NCBI RefSeq assembly: GCF_001194135.2
Contig: NC_068983.1
Coordinates: forward strand, 419,487 to 483,486
DNA: 64,000 nucleotides
Origin: Octopus bimaculoides
Taxonomy: Eukaryota
Direction of reading: 5' to 3'
This document shows positions 25,435-38,858 of this stretch, piece after piece; the stretch's first letter is position 1, and each line of letters opens with the position of its first letter. Made by a program: the position numbers and the translations under genes. Under the pieces are notes generated by a model. The model was not told where the DNA came from. It saw only the letters and a program-made list of their open reading frames with translations, and did no database searches.

Positions 25435-25784
25435 CAACAAAAAGAACAAGATACAGTGAGTTTCTCTTCCATAGGTGTCAGGAAGACATTCGGTAAGAAA
25501 TAGAAACAAATTGAAAGATGATGATGATGATGATGATGATGAGGTCAACGATAATGACAATAATAGGAATAACAAGTGCAATAATAAGGGATTGGAATTA
25601 ATAGAATTAATACAAGAAATTGTTGTGAAGACAGAAGAGGGAAGGCTGAAACATAAGATGAGTTAATATACGGGGAAACTACTTCGACAATTATAGGTTC
25701 CACCCGTTTGTTAGGCAAATTGATTTTTTTCTCTCCCGCTTCCATCCATCCATCCATACGTTTGTGCGTGCGTGCGTGCGTGCA

Positions 25785-25959
25785 TGCATACATACATACA
25801 TACATACATACATACATACATACATACATGCATGCATGCATACATATATACATACATACATACATACATGCATGCATACATACACATATACATACATACA
25901 TACATATATACATACATACATATATACATACATACATACATACATATATACATACATAT

Positions 25960-25990
<31 letters not shown>

Positions 25991-26030
25991 CATACATACA
26001 TATATACATACATATATACATACATACATG
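25785..26030. repeat. (TACA/TATA)n microsatellite
   Basis: Direct inspection; source of many spurious ORFs. Confidence 0.95.
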
Positions 26031-26138
26031 CCTGCCTACGTACATGTTAATGCTTGTTTTTATGTTCAGTTAGAGTAAAAACAATTTTACATTAATCTGG
26101 TGAGTTACTCTATACTCTTGGAGAGTACAAATTTGTTA

Positions 26139-26269
26139 TTCCTAAACATGAATAATATTTTTGACAGTGACTTCGAAGTTACGATCAGCTAAGCCATTGT
26201 ATGCAGTCTAACGATAGCTGAACCGACTGAAACTTCGAAGTCACTGTCAATAATATTCTTGTTTAAGAA
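26139..26269. repeat. About 130-bp hairpin with a perfect 20-bp inverted repeat
   Basis: TTGACAGTGACTTCGAAGTT (26161-80) pairs with AACTTCGAAGTCACTGTCAA (26231-50). Imperfect outer extension and an inner TCAGCTA/TAGCTGA stem. Confidence 0.85.
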
Positions 26270-26325
26270 ATACACACACACACAGACACGCACACACAGA
26301 CACGCACACACGCACACACACACAC

Positions 26326-26375
<50 letters not shown>

Positions 26376-27670
26376 ACACACACGCACACACACATACTGA
26401 CGGTGTTTGCGAGCATGTTAATGTTGGTGCTCGATGAACAATAAAGTGCGCGCGAATGCAACTAACCATACACGTTCCATAACAACACATCCATAAGATT
26501 GTGTTGCTATGTAAACCTACAAACGTGCAACTACATTCACAGTTCGAACGAAGCACGATTTATTTTTGCCTTTATTAAGATCGAAGATGTGATATTACAT
26601 TACATGTAACGATTGTCAAATCAAAATAACGGAAGAGAAAGAAAAATCCAGTTTTACAACAAACAAAGAGAAATTCGTGGAGATAAAGCAGATGTTAATG
26701 TGTAGGCGTGCATGTGTGTGCATAAAATGCATTACTGTACCGATTCCTCTGCATGCGTGTGCATTGCTTGAAAGTAACTTTAATTCTTCGTTTTGTCAAA
26801 GGCAACAACAAAAAACGCACAACTTTCATTTGAATAATGTTAAGTGTTTGTGTAAAAAAGAGAATTAACTAGAAAGGTATCATGGCTAAGGATGTCGGCG
26901 TTTGAATTGCAGAGAAAAGTGGAGAATTAACGAACAAAGGTTTTATGGTTGAGGCTTTAGCACGGCTCCATGTTTGAGGGATCTGTGTTTACATGTCACA
27001 GAGTAAAAATAAGGAAAGGCTCCATATTTGAGGGCTTTGTGCTTGTATGCCATACACTATTTCTAGCAGGGAACTAACAAGCAGATCACGAGTCAACGAC
27101 AGAACCTCTCTACATGGTTTTTCAGTCTGCTAGAACAACAACCAAATTCTTCTCAAACCCCACATTAATGTCTTTAAAAAGAACACACTGGATATTGTAG
27201 CGCGAGTTAAGTTATTCCTGAAAATAGATGAAATTGTCATGGCTTGAATGCCTTTGTAGTTTCGCGTTGTGTCTAAGCAACAACAACAACAACATCAAAG
27301 AAAATATGATCATGACAAAGAAGAATTCCGGTGAGGTTAAAATAGAAAATGACAAAGGAGGATATCTGAGAGTAATCCACTGTGATAGGAAGTAGTGGTG
27401 GTCAGTTGTCGTGACCAGCAGGGAAAACACCATCAGTTTACGTCCAGATCACCAATCATAGCTAATGTTAAAAACCTTTCCTACACAAACACTGCAACTA
27501 GGATTTCTCGGGGCCAACTACAGATTCTCAAAACAGTTTAAGCAGCCTCCCTACTTTCCACATCATAAAAATACATTCAAAGTCGCGCTCACCGACTCTA
27601 AGTGCGTGCTGTGTCTGTGTGTGCGAGCGCGCACGTGCATTTTTTTTTTTAAATAAATATTTCCACTTAC

Positions 27671-27910
27671 TGCATTATTGAATAGTGGTCCACAGACTGA
27701 TGGCTTCTATTGAAAATACTCCAGTGTAATTGTAGCGAGCTAGCAGCAACCATTTAGCGGCGTAGCAGTCAACTGCTAGCCTTTGCGAGATAGCACAAGT
27801 GCTACTCGCTACAAACTGAAAGCCAACTCCCTGCGATGTCACGTGACAAGCTCTAACATTTTGTACGGAACGTCATAGAGACAGAAAAATCAATCAGCGC
27901 TGAACCAATA
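27671..27910 (-). promoter_or_regulatory. Putative promoter and first exon of a minus-strand transcript
   Basis: Palindromic E-box GTCACGTGAC (about 27838-27847), CCAAT near 27903, raised GC/CpG, and donor gca|gtaagt after 27671 on the minus strand. Confidence 0.33.
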
Positions 27911-28365
27911 ACACCATCAATATCACTTCAACAGTAGTTTTCATCTGGAAGGTTTTATTATTCACCCACCACCATACTTTATGTTTGTTTAACTTGGTGA
28001 CACCAAAGATGTTAGGGGCATTGTCTTAGATATTCATCGTCTTTCTCCCACCCTTCCCCTACCTGTATGTAAATGTGTGTGTGAGTGTTTGTGAGTGCGT
28101 GCGTATGTTTGTGTTTTTTCATATATATACAAGTTTTTTATCCATCCATCCATCCATCCATCCATCCATCCATCCGTCCGTCCGTCCATCCGTCCGTCCG
28201 TCCGTCCGTCCGTCCGTCCGTCCGTCCGTCCGTCCGTCCGTCCGTCCGTCTGTCTGTCTGTCTATGTATGTATGTATGTATATCTCTCTCTCTCTATCTA
28301 TCTGTCTTTGTCTCTCCGTCTCTCTCTCTCTCTCTCCGTCTCTCTCTCTCTCTCTCTCTCTCCCT

Positions 28366-28399
<34 letters not shown>

Positions 28400-28459
28400 C
28401 AGGGAGCATATATATACATGTGTACATATATATCTAAACAGATATGCACGTATATCTTT

Positions 28460-28815
28460 TATCTTTTATCGTTTACTTGTGTCAGTCATTAGACTTCGGC
28501 CATGCTGGATAACCGCCTTGAACGGCCCCAGGACTTATTTTTAAAGTTTGGTGCCGAACCTTTAAGGTTATAGGAATGCAAACACGCCAACACCGGTTGT
28601 CAAGCGCTGGTGGGGTGGGGGGACAAACACACAGAGAAACACACGCACACATAGATATGCATTCATAAATATATATATATACACAACGGGTTTCTTTCAG
28701 TTTCAGTCAACCAAATTCACTTACAAGGCCTTGGTCGGTCTGGGGCTATAGCAGAAGATACTTTGCTCAAGATGTCACGCAGTGGGACTGAATCTGGGAT
28801 CATGTGGTTGAGGAG
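28460..28815 (-). mobile_element. Type A SINE, near full length
   Basis: Block-by-block similarity to 53620-54015. Confidence 0.85.
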
Positions 28816-28818
28816 CAT

Positions 28819-28862
<44 letters not shown>

Positions 28863-28863
<1 letters not shown>

Positions 28864-29340
28864 GATGTCTGATCAATAAGTATCCGGTCTGTTGCCATAG
28901 TAACGAAACTAAAGCACGCAGTGTGAAGCCGCTTGGCACAGATTGACCTTCATCTCTGCTGTGCATGTGCACTGAGTTTTAACGTTCTAGCTCACTTCCG
29001 CTATTGACAGCAGTGCTTGGAAGAAAGGTGTGTAGCGTATGATCATCGCATTGACCATTACAAGGAAAGTTGCCATGGCGATTCCTGCTCAAGCCAAGCT
29101 TTTGGTAAAATTTGATGCAAATTCTCTGCTCAACTTTCTCTGTCATGGTCATTGCGAGGATCACACGTTACACACGTTCCTTCCAAGCACTGCTGTAAAC
29201 AGCAGAAGTGAGCTAGAACGTTAAAACTTAGTGCGCATGCACAACAGAGATGAAGGTCAATCTGTACCAAGCGGCTTCACTCTCCGTCCTTTAACTTCAT
29301 TACTATGGCAATAGTCCGGATACTTATTGATCAACCAACG
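28863..29340. mobile_element. Mariner-derived MITE made of two inverted left ends
   Basis: About 200-bp inverted arms starting TA|cgatgtctgatcaataagtatccgg. The centre encodes a transposase start, MTMTEKVEQRICIKFYQKLG (minus). Confidence 0.88.
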
Positions 29341-31209
29341 AAAATTTTAGAAAAATAAATAAATAAACGAGTAGAAATCGAACCGGTGAGTCCGTTAAGT
29401 AATAAGGCACTAAAAGAGAATGACTCTCCCCAGACACAATANNNNNNNNNNNNNNNNNNNNNNNNNNNNNNNNNNNNNNNNNNNNNNNNNNNNNNNNNNN
29501 NNNNNNNNNNNNNNNNNNNNNNNNNNNNNNNNNNNNNNNNNNNNNNNNNNNNNNNNNNNNNNNNNNNNNNNNNNNNNNNNNNNNNNNNNNNNNNNNNNNN
29601 NNNNNNNNNNNNNNNNNNNNNNNNNNNNNNNNNNNNNNNNNNNNNNNNNNNNNNNNNNNNNNNNNNNNNNNNNNNNNNNNNNNNNNNNNNNNNNNNNNNN
29701 NNNNNNNNNNNNNNNNNNNNNNNNNNNNNNNNNNNNNNNNNNNNNNNNNNNNNNNNNNNNNNNNNNNNNNNNNNNNNNNNNNNNNNNNNNNNNNNNNNNN
29801 NNNNNNNNNNNNNNNNNNNNNNNNNNNNNNNNNNNNNNNNNNNNNNNNNNNNNNNNNNNNNNNNNNNNNNNNNNNNNNNNNNNNNNNNNNNNNNNNNNNN
29901 NNNNNNNNNNNNNNNNNNNNNNNNNNNNNNNNNNNNNNNNNNNNNNNNNNNNNNNNNNNNNNNNNNNNNNNNNNNNNNNNNNNNNNNNNNNNNNNNNNNN
30001 NNNNNNNNNNNNNNNNNNNNNNNNNNNNNNNNNNNNNNNNNNNNNNNNNNNNNNNNNNNNNNNNNNNNNNNNNNNNNNNNNNNNNNNNNNNNNNNNNNNN
30101 NNNNNNNNNNNNNNNNNNNNNNNNNNNNNNNNNNNNNNNNNNNNNNNNNNNNNNNNNNNNNNNNNNNNNNNNNNNAAGAAAAGGCAAACAATTTGGCAAC
30201 TTTGGCATAACTGTACTGACTACACATAGGAATCGAAACCGGGGCGAAGAATTGACTTAGCTGTGACTTAATGCCTCTTTATGGTTATATCTTCCCGTGT
30301 AGAATATCAGAGTAAAAAGTGTGACACTTTGGTGGCGGAGACATTAACAATTAAACATACCAGACTAGGGGAGAGTTTTGAACTGCTAAAAAGAGCAGCC
30401 AAATTTCCCTCATATGAGATCCTACCATCTTTTAAAATCGGACTAATTCAATAATGTAATCCAAGGTACACTATTCCTAAAAAAACAAAACGAAATAAAA
30501 GACAGGATGGTCATGGCTTCAATGCATTTTGTCATTGGTCAGTTGGATCTGAACCGATTTCGGGTTAAGCTACATCATCATGAGCATCATAACCACCACC
30601 GCCATCACCAGCATCACTGCCGCCTTCACCACCACCAACGGCAACAACGATAACAGTTAACTATGATGCTTATCGGGTTAATATTTTACCTACAATATAA
30701 CTGCAAAAGAAACTGCTTCCAGGTGTGGCAATCTGTGTCTATTTTCAGAATCCTTACAGAAGAAAATGGGGCTCAGCAATGCTTCAATAACTCCTTTACC
30801 ACATTTATACAACCCCTTCATGTTTCTCAATTTGCATACGATCCCTGTACAAGTAATTCCTTTACACGGAACAACCCTCTTAACGTTTGCCTGACTGGTT
30901 CAGTGGAGACGAGAGCAACAACGACGGCGCCGACACCGCACGTCTTCACCTTCACTTCTTAACCTCAGATAATAAATCTGTACGGATAAGTGTTCACACA
31001 TTTTCTCATTTGTTGAGACTAGTTTTACATGAAATAGATTTAATATTGGCAAATCCAGTCGTATGTTTTGAGGGAGATTCTCAAGAAATGGAACGAGCGG
31101 GTCATTTAGGGAATTTTAGAACTATATAAAAATTAATGCAATATTTATACATACATACGCACTCAGTGGAAGATTTATGATAATTAAAAAGTAAGAGACA
31201 CATACATAT

Positions 31210-31750
31210 ATACATGCATACAGAAAAGAAACTGTGCAGTTGTGGAAATTAGATGTCCAGGGGATGATAACATAAAGCTGAAGATCAACGAAAAAGAGAA
31301 CACCTATGCTGAACTATTGAGAAACCTGCAGTTACTCTATCCTGATTACAAGTTCAGGTTTATACTTGTAATTATTGGGGTACTCAGATATGTAACACAC
31401 TGCCTAAATACCAATTTTGAGAAATTAGGCTTCTCAAAGCCAAAAAAAAAAGAGAAATCTGATTCGAAGACTACAAATCCAATTCATCACTGGAACTGAA
31501 AAAATCTGTGAAACTTTCCAGAAGTTTATCATTTAAATATATATGAGCACGTCTAGATATGCAACTATATACGTGAGAATACATACATAAAACAACCTAT
31601 ACAAATCTGCACGTATACATACATACATACAAACAAAAATACTCTGTTGTTGATGTTGAAATTCCAATGAAGGAGCTTTGAATCTAGGTTAGAAACCGGC
31701 TCTTTCTCTGTTGACAAGAAATCTTGAAAGAAAACTGAACAATGATGCTC
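31210..31750 (+). mobile_element. RLE-type LINE 3' end (second family) with 3'UTR module
   Basis: VVEIRCPGDDNIKLKINEKENTYAELLRNLQLLYPDYKFRFILVIIGVLRYV, homologous to 33.9-34.2 kb. Confidence 0.8.
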
Positions 31751-31798
31751 ACATGCGCACACACACGCGCACACACACGAACATACATACATACAGAT

Positions 31799-32177
31799 GT
31801 TGGCACTCCGTCGCTTACGACGACGAGGGTTCCAGCTGATCCGATCAACGGAACAGCCTGCTCGTGAAATTAACGTGCAAGTGGCTGAGCACTCCACAGA
31901 CACGTGTACCCTTAACGTAGTTCTCGGGGATATTCAGCGTGACACAGTGTGACAAGGCTGACCCTTTGAATTACAGGCACAACAGAAACAGGAAGTAAGA
32001 GTGAAAGAAAGTTGTGGTGACAGAGTACAGCAGGGTTCGCCACCATCCCCTGCCGGAGCCTCGTGGAATTTTAAGTGTTTTCGCTCAATAAACACTCACA
32101 ACGCCCGGTCTGGGAATCGAAACCGCGATCCTACGACCGAGAGTCCGCTGCCCTAACCACTGGGCCGTTGCGCCTCC
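31799..32177 (-). mobile_element. Full-length tRNA-derived SINE (type C)
   Basis: 5' GGAGGCGCAACGGCCCAGTGGTTAGGGC (A box) and GGTTTCGATTCCC (B box), a unique 380-bp body, and microsatellite flanks. Confidence 0.85.
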
Positions 32178-32289
32178 ACTACATACACACACACACACAC
32201 ACACACATATATATTCTTCTATTCTTTTAGATGTTTTAACTCTAAGGCCATGGCCATGCTGGAGCATCACCAGTGTAAACACCCCTTCA

Positions 32290-32900
32290 TTGGCCTATTT
32301 TATATGAAGGAGGCTTTTGCTGAAGGAGTGATTTCGCTGCTGCCGTCCTCGTTTGAATCTTCTCCTTTGATAATGGTTCATCCGGGACCTTGGGTAGCAG
32401 GAGGTAAAGTTGTTTCTTGAAGACATCTACCCCTAATCAATGAAGACCCTTCAGAAGTTTTAAGCAAGACATGAAATAGCTGTAGGCTTTTGAATCCCAA
32501 TCTATAGCTGTACATGGTCTTCACTCTAGACGGGATATCTGGAACATTTGGAACAGTGCAGTGACGTCCACTTCGGGAGCGCGTATAGCTTTCGATACCA
32601 AAATTTGGTGCCAGCCCTTCTGGGATCTTCCCATCTTCGCTCCAGGGAGTGGAGTCAATGCCCTTTCAGTCTCTCACAGTAGCTCAGCTGGTATAACATC
32701 GCTGAAATATCTCAAGTTCTGCACTTATTTGGACACTGTAGGGTGACCACAGTTGAGATCAGTAATCCGGACGACTGAGTACAGATGTCCTCCATAGAAC
32801 CAACATAGGTTCCTTGTGCTGAAGGTTCTCAAAATCCATCAGGCCATTCGCATGCATGCTGCCACCATCTTGGTGATATGCATGTGAAACGAGGCACCGT
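32290..32900 (-). mobile_element. CR1/L2-group LINE 3' fragment
   Basis: LWRTSVLSRPDY*SQLWSPYSVQISAELEIFQRCYT...EGLAPNFGIESYTRSRSGRHCTVP: RT C-terminal region. Confidence 0.75.
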
Positions 32901-33698
32901 TGTTCATCCATACAAAAATATATATAAAAACTTACATACATTTATGCATACATATAGACAGACATACACATATACATACAAAGTGACATACACACATGCA
33001 TATATATGTGTGTGTGTTTGTGTGTTTGTGTGTGCGTATATGTATATGCATACATACAAACATGTTTATATGTATATACATTATACGTATACATACCTGA
33101 ATGGGTGCATACACATGCATATGATATATATATATATATATATATANNNNNNNNNNNNNNNNNNNNNNNNNNNNNNNNNNNNNNNNNNNNNNNNNNNNNN
33201 NNNNNNNNNNNNNNNNNNNNNNNNNNNNNNNNNNNNNNNNNNNNNNNNNNNNNNNNNNNNNNNNNNNNNNNNNNNNNNNNNNNNNNNNNNNNNNNNNNNN
33301 NNNNNNNNNNNNNNNNNNNNNNNNNNNNNNNNNNNNNNNNNNNNNNNNNNNNNNNNNNNNNNNNNNNNNNNNNNNNNNNNNNNNNNNNNNNNNNNNNNNN
33401 NNNNNNNNNNNNNNNNNNNNNNNNNNNNNNNNNNNNNNNNNNNNNNNNNNNNNNNNNNNNNNNNNNNNNNNNNNNNNNNNNNNNNNNNNNNNNNNNNNNN
33501 NNNNNNNNNNNNNNNNNNNNNNNNNNNNNNNNNNNNNNNNNNNNNNNNNNNNNNNNNNNNNNNNNNNNNNNNNNNNNNNNNNNNNNNNNNNNNNNNNNNN
33601 NNNNNNNNNNNNNNNNNNNNNNNNNNNNNNNNNNNNNNNNNNNNNNNNNNNNNNNNNNNNNNNNNNNNNNNNNNNNNNATATATATATATATTTATAC

Positions 33699-33784
<86 letters not shown>

Positions 33785-33884
33785 TTATCTATGTATATAT
33801 ATAGACAGAACAGACACAAGCACACATATAGTTGTATACACATGCATACATTGATACATATATAAGTACATATGCAGATGTGGA

Positions 33885-34530
33885 AAATCGCCATCAAAAC
33901 ATCTGTCAAGCGTAGGCACAACAAACAAACAAACAAAAGTATATACCGTCTTAGAGGTCAGCTGTCCTGCTGATGTGAATATCTCATTGAAAATCAAAGA
34001 GAAAGAAGACAACTATGGACAACAGCTTCGAAACCGCCACCTTCTATATCCGTATTACAAATTTACATTTGCACCAATAATAATTGGAGCTCTTGGTTTC
34101 GTAAATAAATGTTTAACTGTCAGTTTGAATAAGCTTGGATTTTCAGAAAAAGAAATCAGCCAATTGACGCGCTCGTTACAAACACAATCTCTAAGTGGAA
34201 CAGTAAGACTATGTAAGATTTTTCTCAGGTTTAAAACGTGACATTGTCTTCGTTATCTCCATTCCAGAGATGAAACTTTGTATCTTTGTTAGAAACCAGC
34301 TCCTTCTTCAGTGGACAAATTTAAATGATTAGAAACACAAGAGACATACATACATACATACAAACAAAAATACCCTGTTGTTGATGTTGAAATTCCAATG
34401 AAGGAACCTCGGTTCTTAGATAGAAACCGGTTTTTTTCTCTATTGGCAAGAAATCTTGAAATAAACTGAATAATGACATACATACGTACGTACCCCATTG
34501 TTGATGTTGAATAAAACTGGATGATGACAT
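33885..34530 (+). mobile_element. RLE-type LINE 3' end with tandemly reiterated tail module
   Basis: EVSCPADVNISLKIKEKEDNYGQQLRN...APIIIGALGFVNKCL...TVRLCKIFLRFKT*. Tail module nearly identical to 31620-31750. Confidence 0.8.
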
Positions 34531-34599
34531 TCATACATACATACATGTATGATCCTCAAGTGAACGCTCATTTCCCAGTGATCCCTTATGTGGCCCCAG

Positions 34600-35010
34600 A
34601 ATAGTTTGAAAGATCTGGTAACGAAACACTCTGGTTACCACAAAAATGCTATGCCTGGGCAATGTTTTCCATCAATCCAAGAGCTGGAGATAACTTCGAA
34701 GTACCAAATGAGCAAAAGAGACAGTGAAGCGACAGAAAATATCGATTATACGATATATCTGTGGAATATTTTTAGCAGCTCTTACAAAAACGTCGTCAAC
34801 GTACTGTGACAAGATGTTGGTAAAACAATATATAATGCCATCTGTAGCATGGGCTGTTCTGGAATAAATGGAGACAATTCCTTTGTTGTTGATTATATAT
34901 TAACACAAGAAATATTGGTGGAGCATTCCCATCAAAACTCTCAAATGCAAAGATAAGGGATTTGTTGTTGTTTGTTAATGTAGAGTGAGAGAGGTCAGCT
35001 CCCCGGCAAA
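34600..35010 (+). mobile_element. Decayed RLE LINE fragment
   Basis: SIQELEITSKYQMSKRD; VGKTIYNAI; YWWSIPIKTLKCK; EVSSPAN. Confidence 0.55.
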
Positions 35011-35466
35011 CAAAAAATAACACATTTATGATGGTTGTTCATTCACTCGACGAATCTAAACATCACTGACGATTAGCAAATATAAAGAGGAAAATCCTCC
35101 AAAAATTGTCAGTAATGATTGTGTGAAATTTAAGTGGAGAACAGTTTGTACAATACTTCAGCAAGTGTCATCATCAAAGGCAAAGAGCGCAGAGAAACGT
35201 CGAAATACGTCGTCAACAGGAAACTTTCACCGTGAGACTTAACAAATAACGAAATTCCCAGATACAGTAAGTAAGGATACAGACTTTACTGTGAGCCACC
35301 ATTCTCAAGTTAAATACATGAAATGGTTGTAATGTCATCTTAAATTATATCGCAAGGATATATTTCAAGGGGATAATCCCTCCATACAGCTGTTTATGTT
35401 TTCACTTGGTTGTGATAGACAATGCATGTTGGGAGAATAACCCAGGTGGACCATCCCCATCCAGCC

Positions 35467-35501
<35 letters not shown>

Positions 35502-38500
35502 TGTTGGAGAGAGGTGGATGGAGGGAAGGAGAGATAGTGTGAGAGAGAGAGCGAGAGAAAACTAATAATCGCTGTGATTTGAACTGAGAATGTAGGTATT
35601 TTATCCGATGCTCCAAAGATTCCGTTGATTCCCCTATACATATTGCATGACATGTTATTTCTACTGGGAGCCCTGTAAACTGTGCCCACGTGCTTTACAC
35701 CGTCCCCTAACTCCTTCATATTTTGGACTCTTTCTTTTATGTTCTCATTCTGTACTTCGTTCTCAAGATCACCAGAACTTCGTCAAAAGTTAATTACAGG
35801 CTTTATTAAAACAATCTTGAAATCTACAATAAAACATGTTCACTAAAATATACTTCTTAAAATATGTTTATTTATAATATCTGTTCACTGAAATATCTGT
35901 TAATTTTTTTGATATCTGTTCACTAAAATAAATGTTCATTAAAATAGCAGCTCTTTAAGAAAGTTATTTTAAAGGGAGATAATATTTTGAATTCAGTGGG
36001 TCTGGTGATAGTTTGCATTGGCAAATATCAGTGAATATGAAATTGTGGCAGATAATAAAAGTAGACTTGCTATGGAGATTGTAGAGTATAACGTTACGTC
36101 ATCATGGTCCGTCGTGAATGAAGAAATTCGGATTAAACCTGAAGATGAGGGATGGATTAAGAGGATAATTAAGAAGATAATTAAGTGTCGAGGGTTAGAT
36201 GGCTTGCATGAGGATGAGAAACCAATGAGACGAATTAAAACGTTTCACCGGAAGATAGACAGACGTTCCTGATATTAGCACGAAAGGCGATACAGTTAAA
36301 GTAGCAAGTTAATGCATTGAAGTGAGAAAGCAATATCAAACAATATCACACAGAATTTCAGAGACAATAACAGCTTAAATCATTGTAGGAAGGAAGGTAT
36401 GGGATTGGAAATAGTAGAAGGGCAAAGTGATAGAAGATTTCAGTTCAATTGGAACTATTCGATTTCTTTAAGTATATTTACGATTGCATTATCCAAAGTA
36501 TAATTTGTGTGTGACTTGGTTATTATTTCTAGTAAGTCAATAAACCATCTCATGGCCATCTAATGACCTCATTTTACTGTTTATAATGATTAAGTGAAAC
36601 ATACATGAGTTGGGGAAGTCACCATGTAAGGTTAATTTGTTTTGAGAGCCGGCTGTTGCACGAAGATTGCGTTTGAGCAAAAGTAAAACCATTTCCCAGT
36701 CTAATGTCTCCGCACTTGGAATTGTGAAGTGTTTGAAGCTAAAGGAGAAATTACTGTTATTAACGTTTGACAGTATATTTGAGTGTAAGAGGAATAAAGC
36801 TGTAGACTTTCTTGATCTTTCGCTAAGTGGGCTGCCTTCAACTGGAGATTGCGTACGTGCACTTTATTGCGGGTTCCACACTCTTGTACACCTTTTAAAT
36901 CTACTCTACAAATAATTTGCTCACAGTAAATGCTTTCTTATAATTTATAATCCGACCATGAAAATTCAAGCAAAATTGTTTTTAATTAATGTCAAATGGT
37001 TCATAGAAACTTCACTTTGTAACTATTTTCCCATTTTTTAGATAAATAATATTGAGTTTTACAAACTGCAGGTTATCTAATGAAATGCTGCAGAAGATTT
37101 GAACCTGGGAACCATCGCCTCGCTATCTTTAAACAAATAACGAAAGATGTTCAAATTTCTATAGATTTTTGAAGGCAACTGTTTAATAATTATAAATGGT
37201 TTTTATTCCATTTATAATTTTATTTGAAAAGATCCACTAGTTGAAATATTTCGAAAAATAATCATTGAATAATTAGGAAACGATATATGTTTTTTTCTCC
37301 ATTATATAATCTCATTCAGCTTTGTATTAAATTCACTCTTTTAGAATCAAACAAAGGAAATTCGGTGGTGTGTGTGTGTGTGTGTGTGCGTGCGCGCGCT
37401 ATCTGGACATTAATACACAACAATACCAATAGCTGATTACATTTTATTTTTTTTCCTGGATAATTGATATTATTCGTTGGATATAAAGTCAACAGATTAA
37501 AAACAAGTACAAAAACAGTTTGCATTAACACAATTAGAAGCCAAGACACGATGAGTTTTTCTCAGAGGAAAAAAAATCCCCCCCCACTTATAACATCAAA
37601 TATATTATTAATTCAATGAGATTCTTTTATTCATAACAATTGATATAAAGTCTGTTTTTGTTTTATGCATAATTTATAGTTAATTGAATTTGGTATTTGA
37701 TGAGAGCTGCCAGTTTTGCCAAGACCGCTACAATTGGGCTGTTATTATTTTCTGTATTTCTAATCTAAATTCAGTTTTATTTTTAAAAATTTGGATAAAT
37801 ATGTATGAAACATTTCGTGTCTAAATTTCAATAAAAAAACACAATTGTGTTAGAATCAAATATTAGGTTATAAATTATGTCTGTTCTGCTGATTAAATTT
37901 GCCGAATATAGAGCAAATTTCCAAGCAAAAAAAAAACAAAACGAAATGGAATAATAGAGAGGTTTTGTTATGACTGGCAAGCGTATCTCCGTGACAAGGA
38001 ACTGTCATTATAGAGGGCAGCAGGTGTGATAGCAATGGACACGAGATTCGTTGAGTGACTTGAGAGGGTGCTGTGCGTTTATATTTGTAGATTAGTGATA
38101 CATTATAGTATTTCTCTGTTTAACATGACACATTTTGCAATGGCTTCATAAGAACATAAAATCACAAAACATTTTTTTTGATTGCTTCTAAATATTTTTG
38201 AAGCCTGAAACCAAAACAAAACTGACCAAACATTCAGGGTCCCAGTCTCGACTTTTCGAGACAACAAAGAACCGTCATGTCTGCTGAGCAGTGAAGAGAA
38301 ATATCAAAAACTCCCAACAAAACAACAACAAAAATAGAACAACGAAAACAATTCCCCCCCACCACCACCAAAAAATCACTTGCTTTATATCGACTTCATC
38401 TCAATCATCCTTCTAAAACAAACATAAGAATTCGATTTGATTGAATTCCCCGGAGACATAGAGAACGGAAAGATAATATTTCAGATCTGCAAATCTGTTG

Positions 38501-38858
38501 ACAACTGATTAGAGTGAGGATAAGTGAATATTATCGATTAAATTATTAATCAATTTTGCAATAATTTAGATCTCCTTTATCGAAGTATTTGTCAGTTTCA
38601 GCATTGTTGCCAGGTTATAAACCACCCCACCCCGGCTTCGCTCTTGACACGTTTGCACAATTCACAACTGTTAAATATTACTGAATGTAATTTGATCAAA
38701 TCATTGTTTAGTGAATGTGCAAATTAAAGGAATATAACTTCTCGTCAAATGAATCCGACCAGGCACTCATATCAATTATTGTAATTCCACGCTTCCGTAG
38801 GCTAAGACTAATTAGTGACTAAAATTGGCTGATCGAATAGCCTCCGCCCACCATGAAA

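Noticed and set aside
25545-26078. Stacked ORFs with YIH/CMY/THT/LSI repeats here and at many other sites
   Set aside because: These are translations of microsatellites.
36018-36272. 84-aa ORF
   Set aside because: No motif, splice signal or family similarity was recognised.
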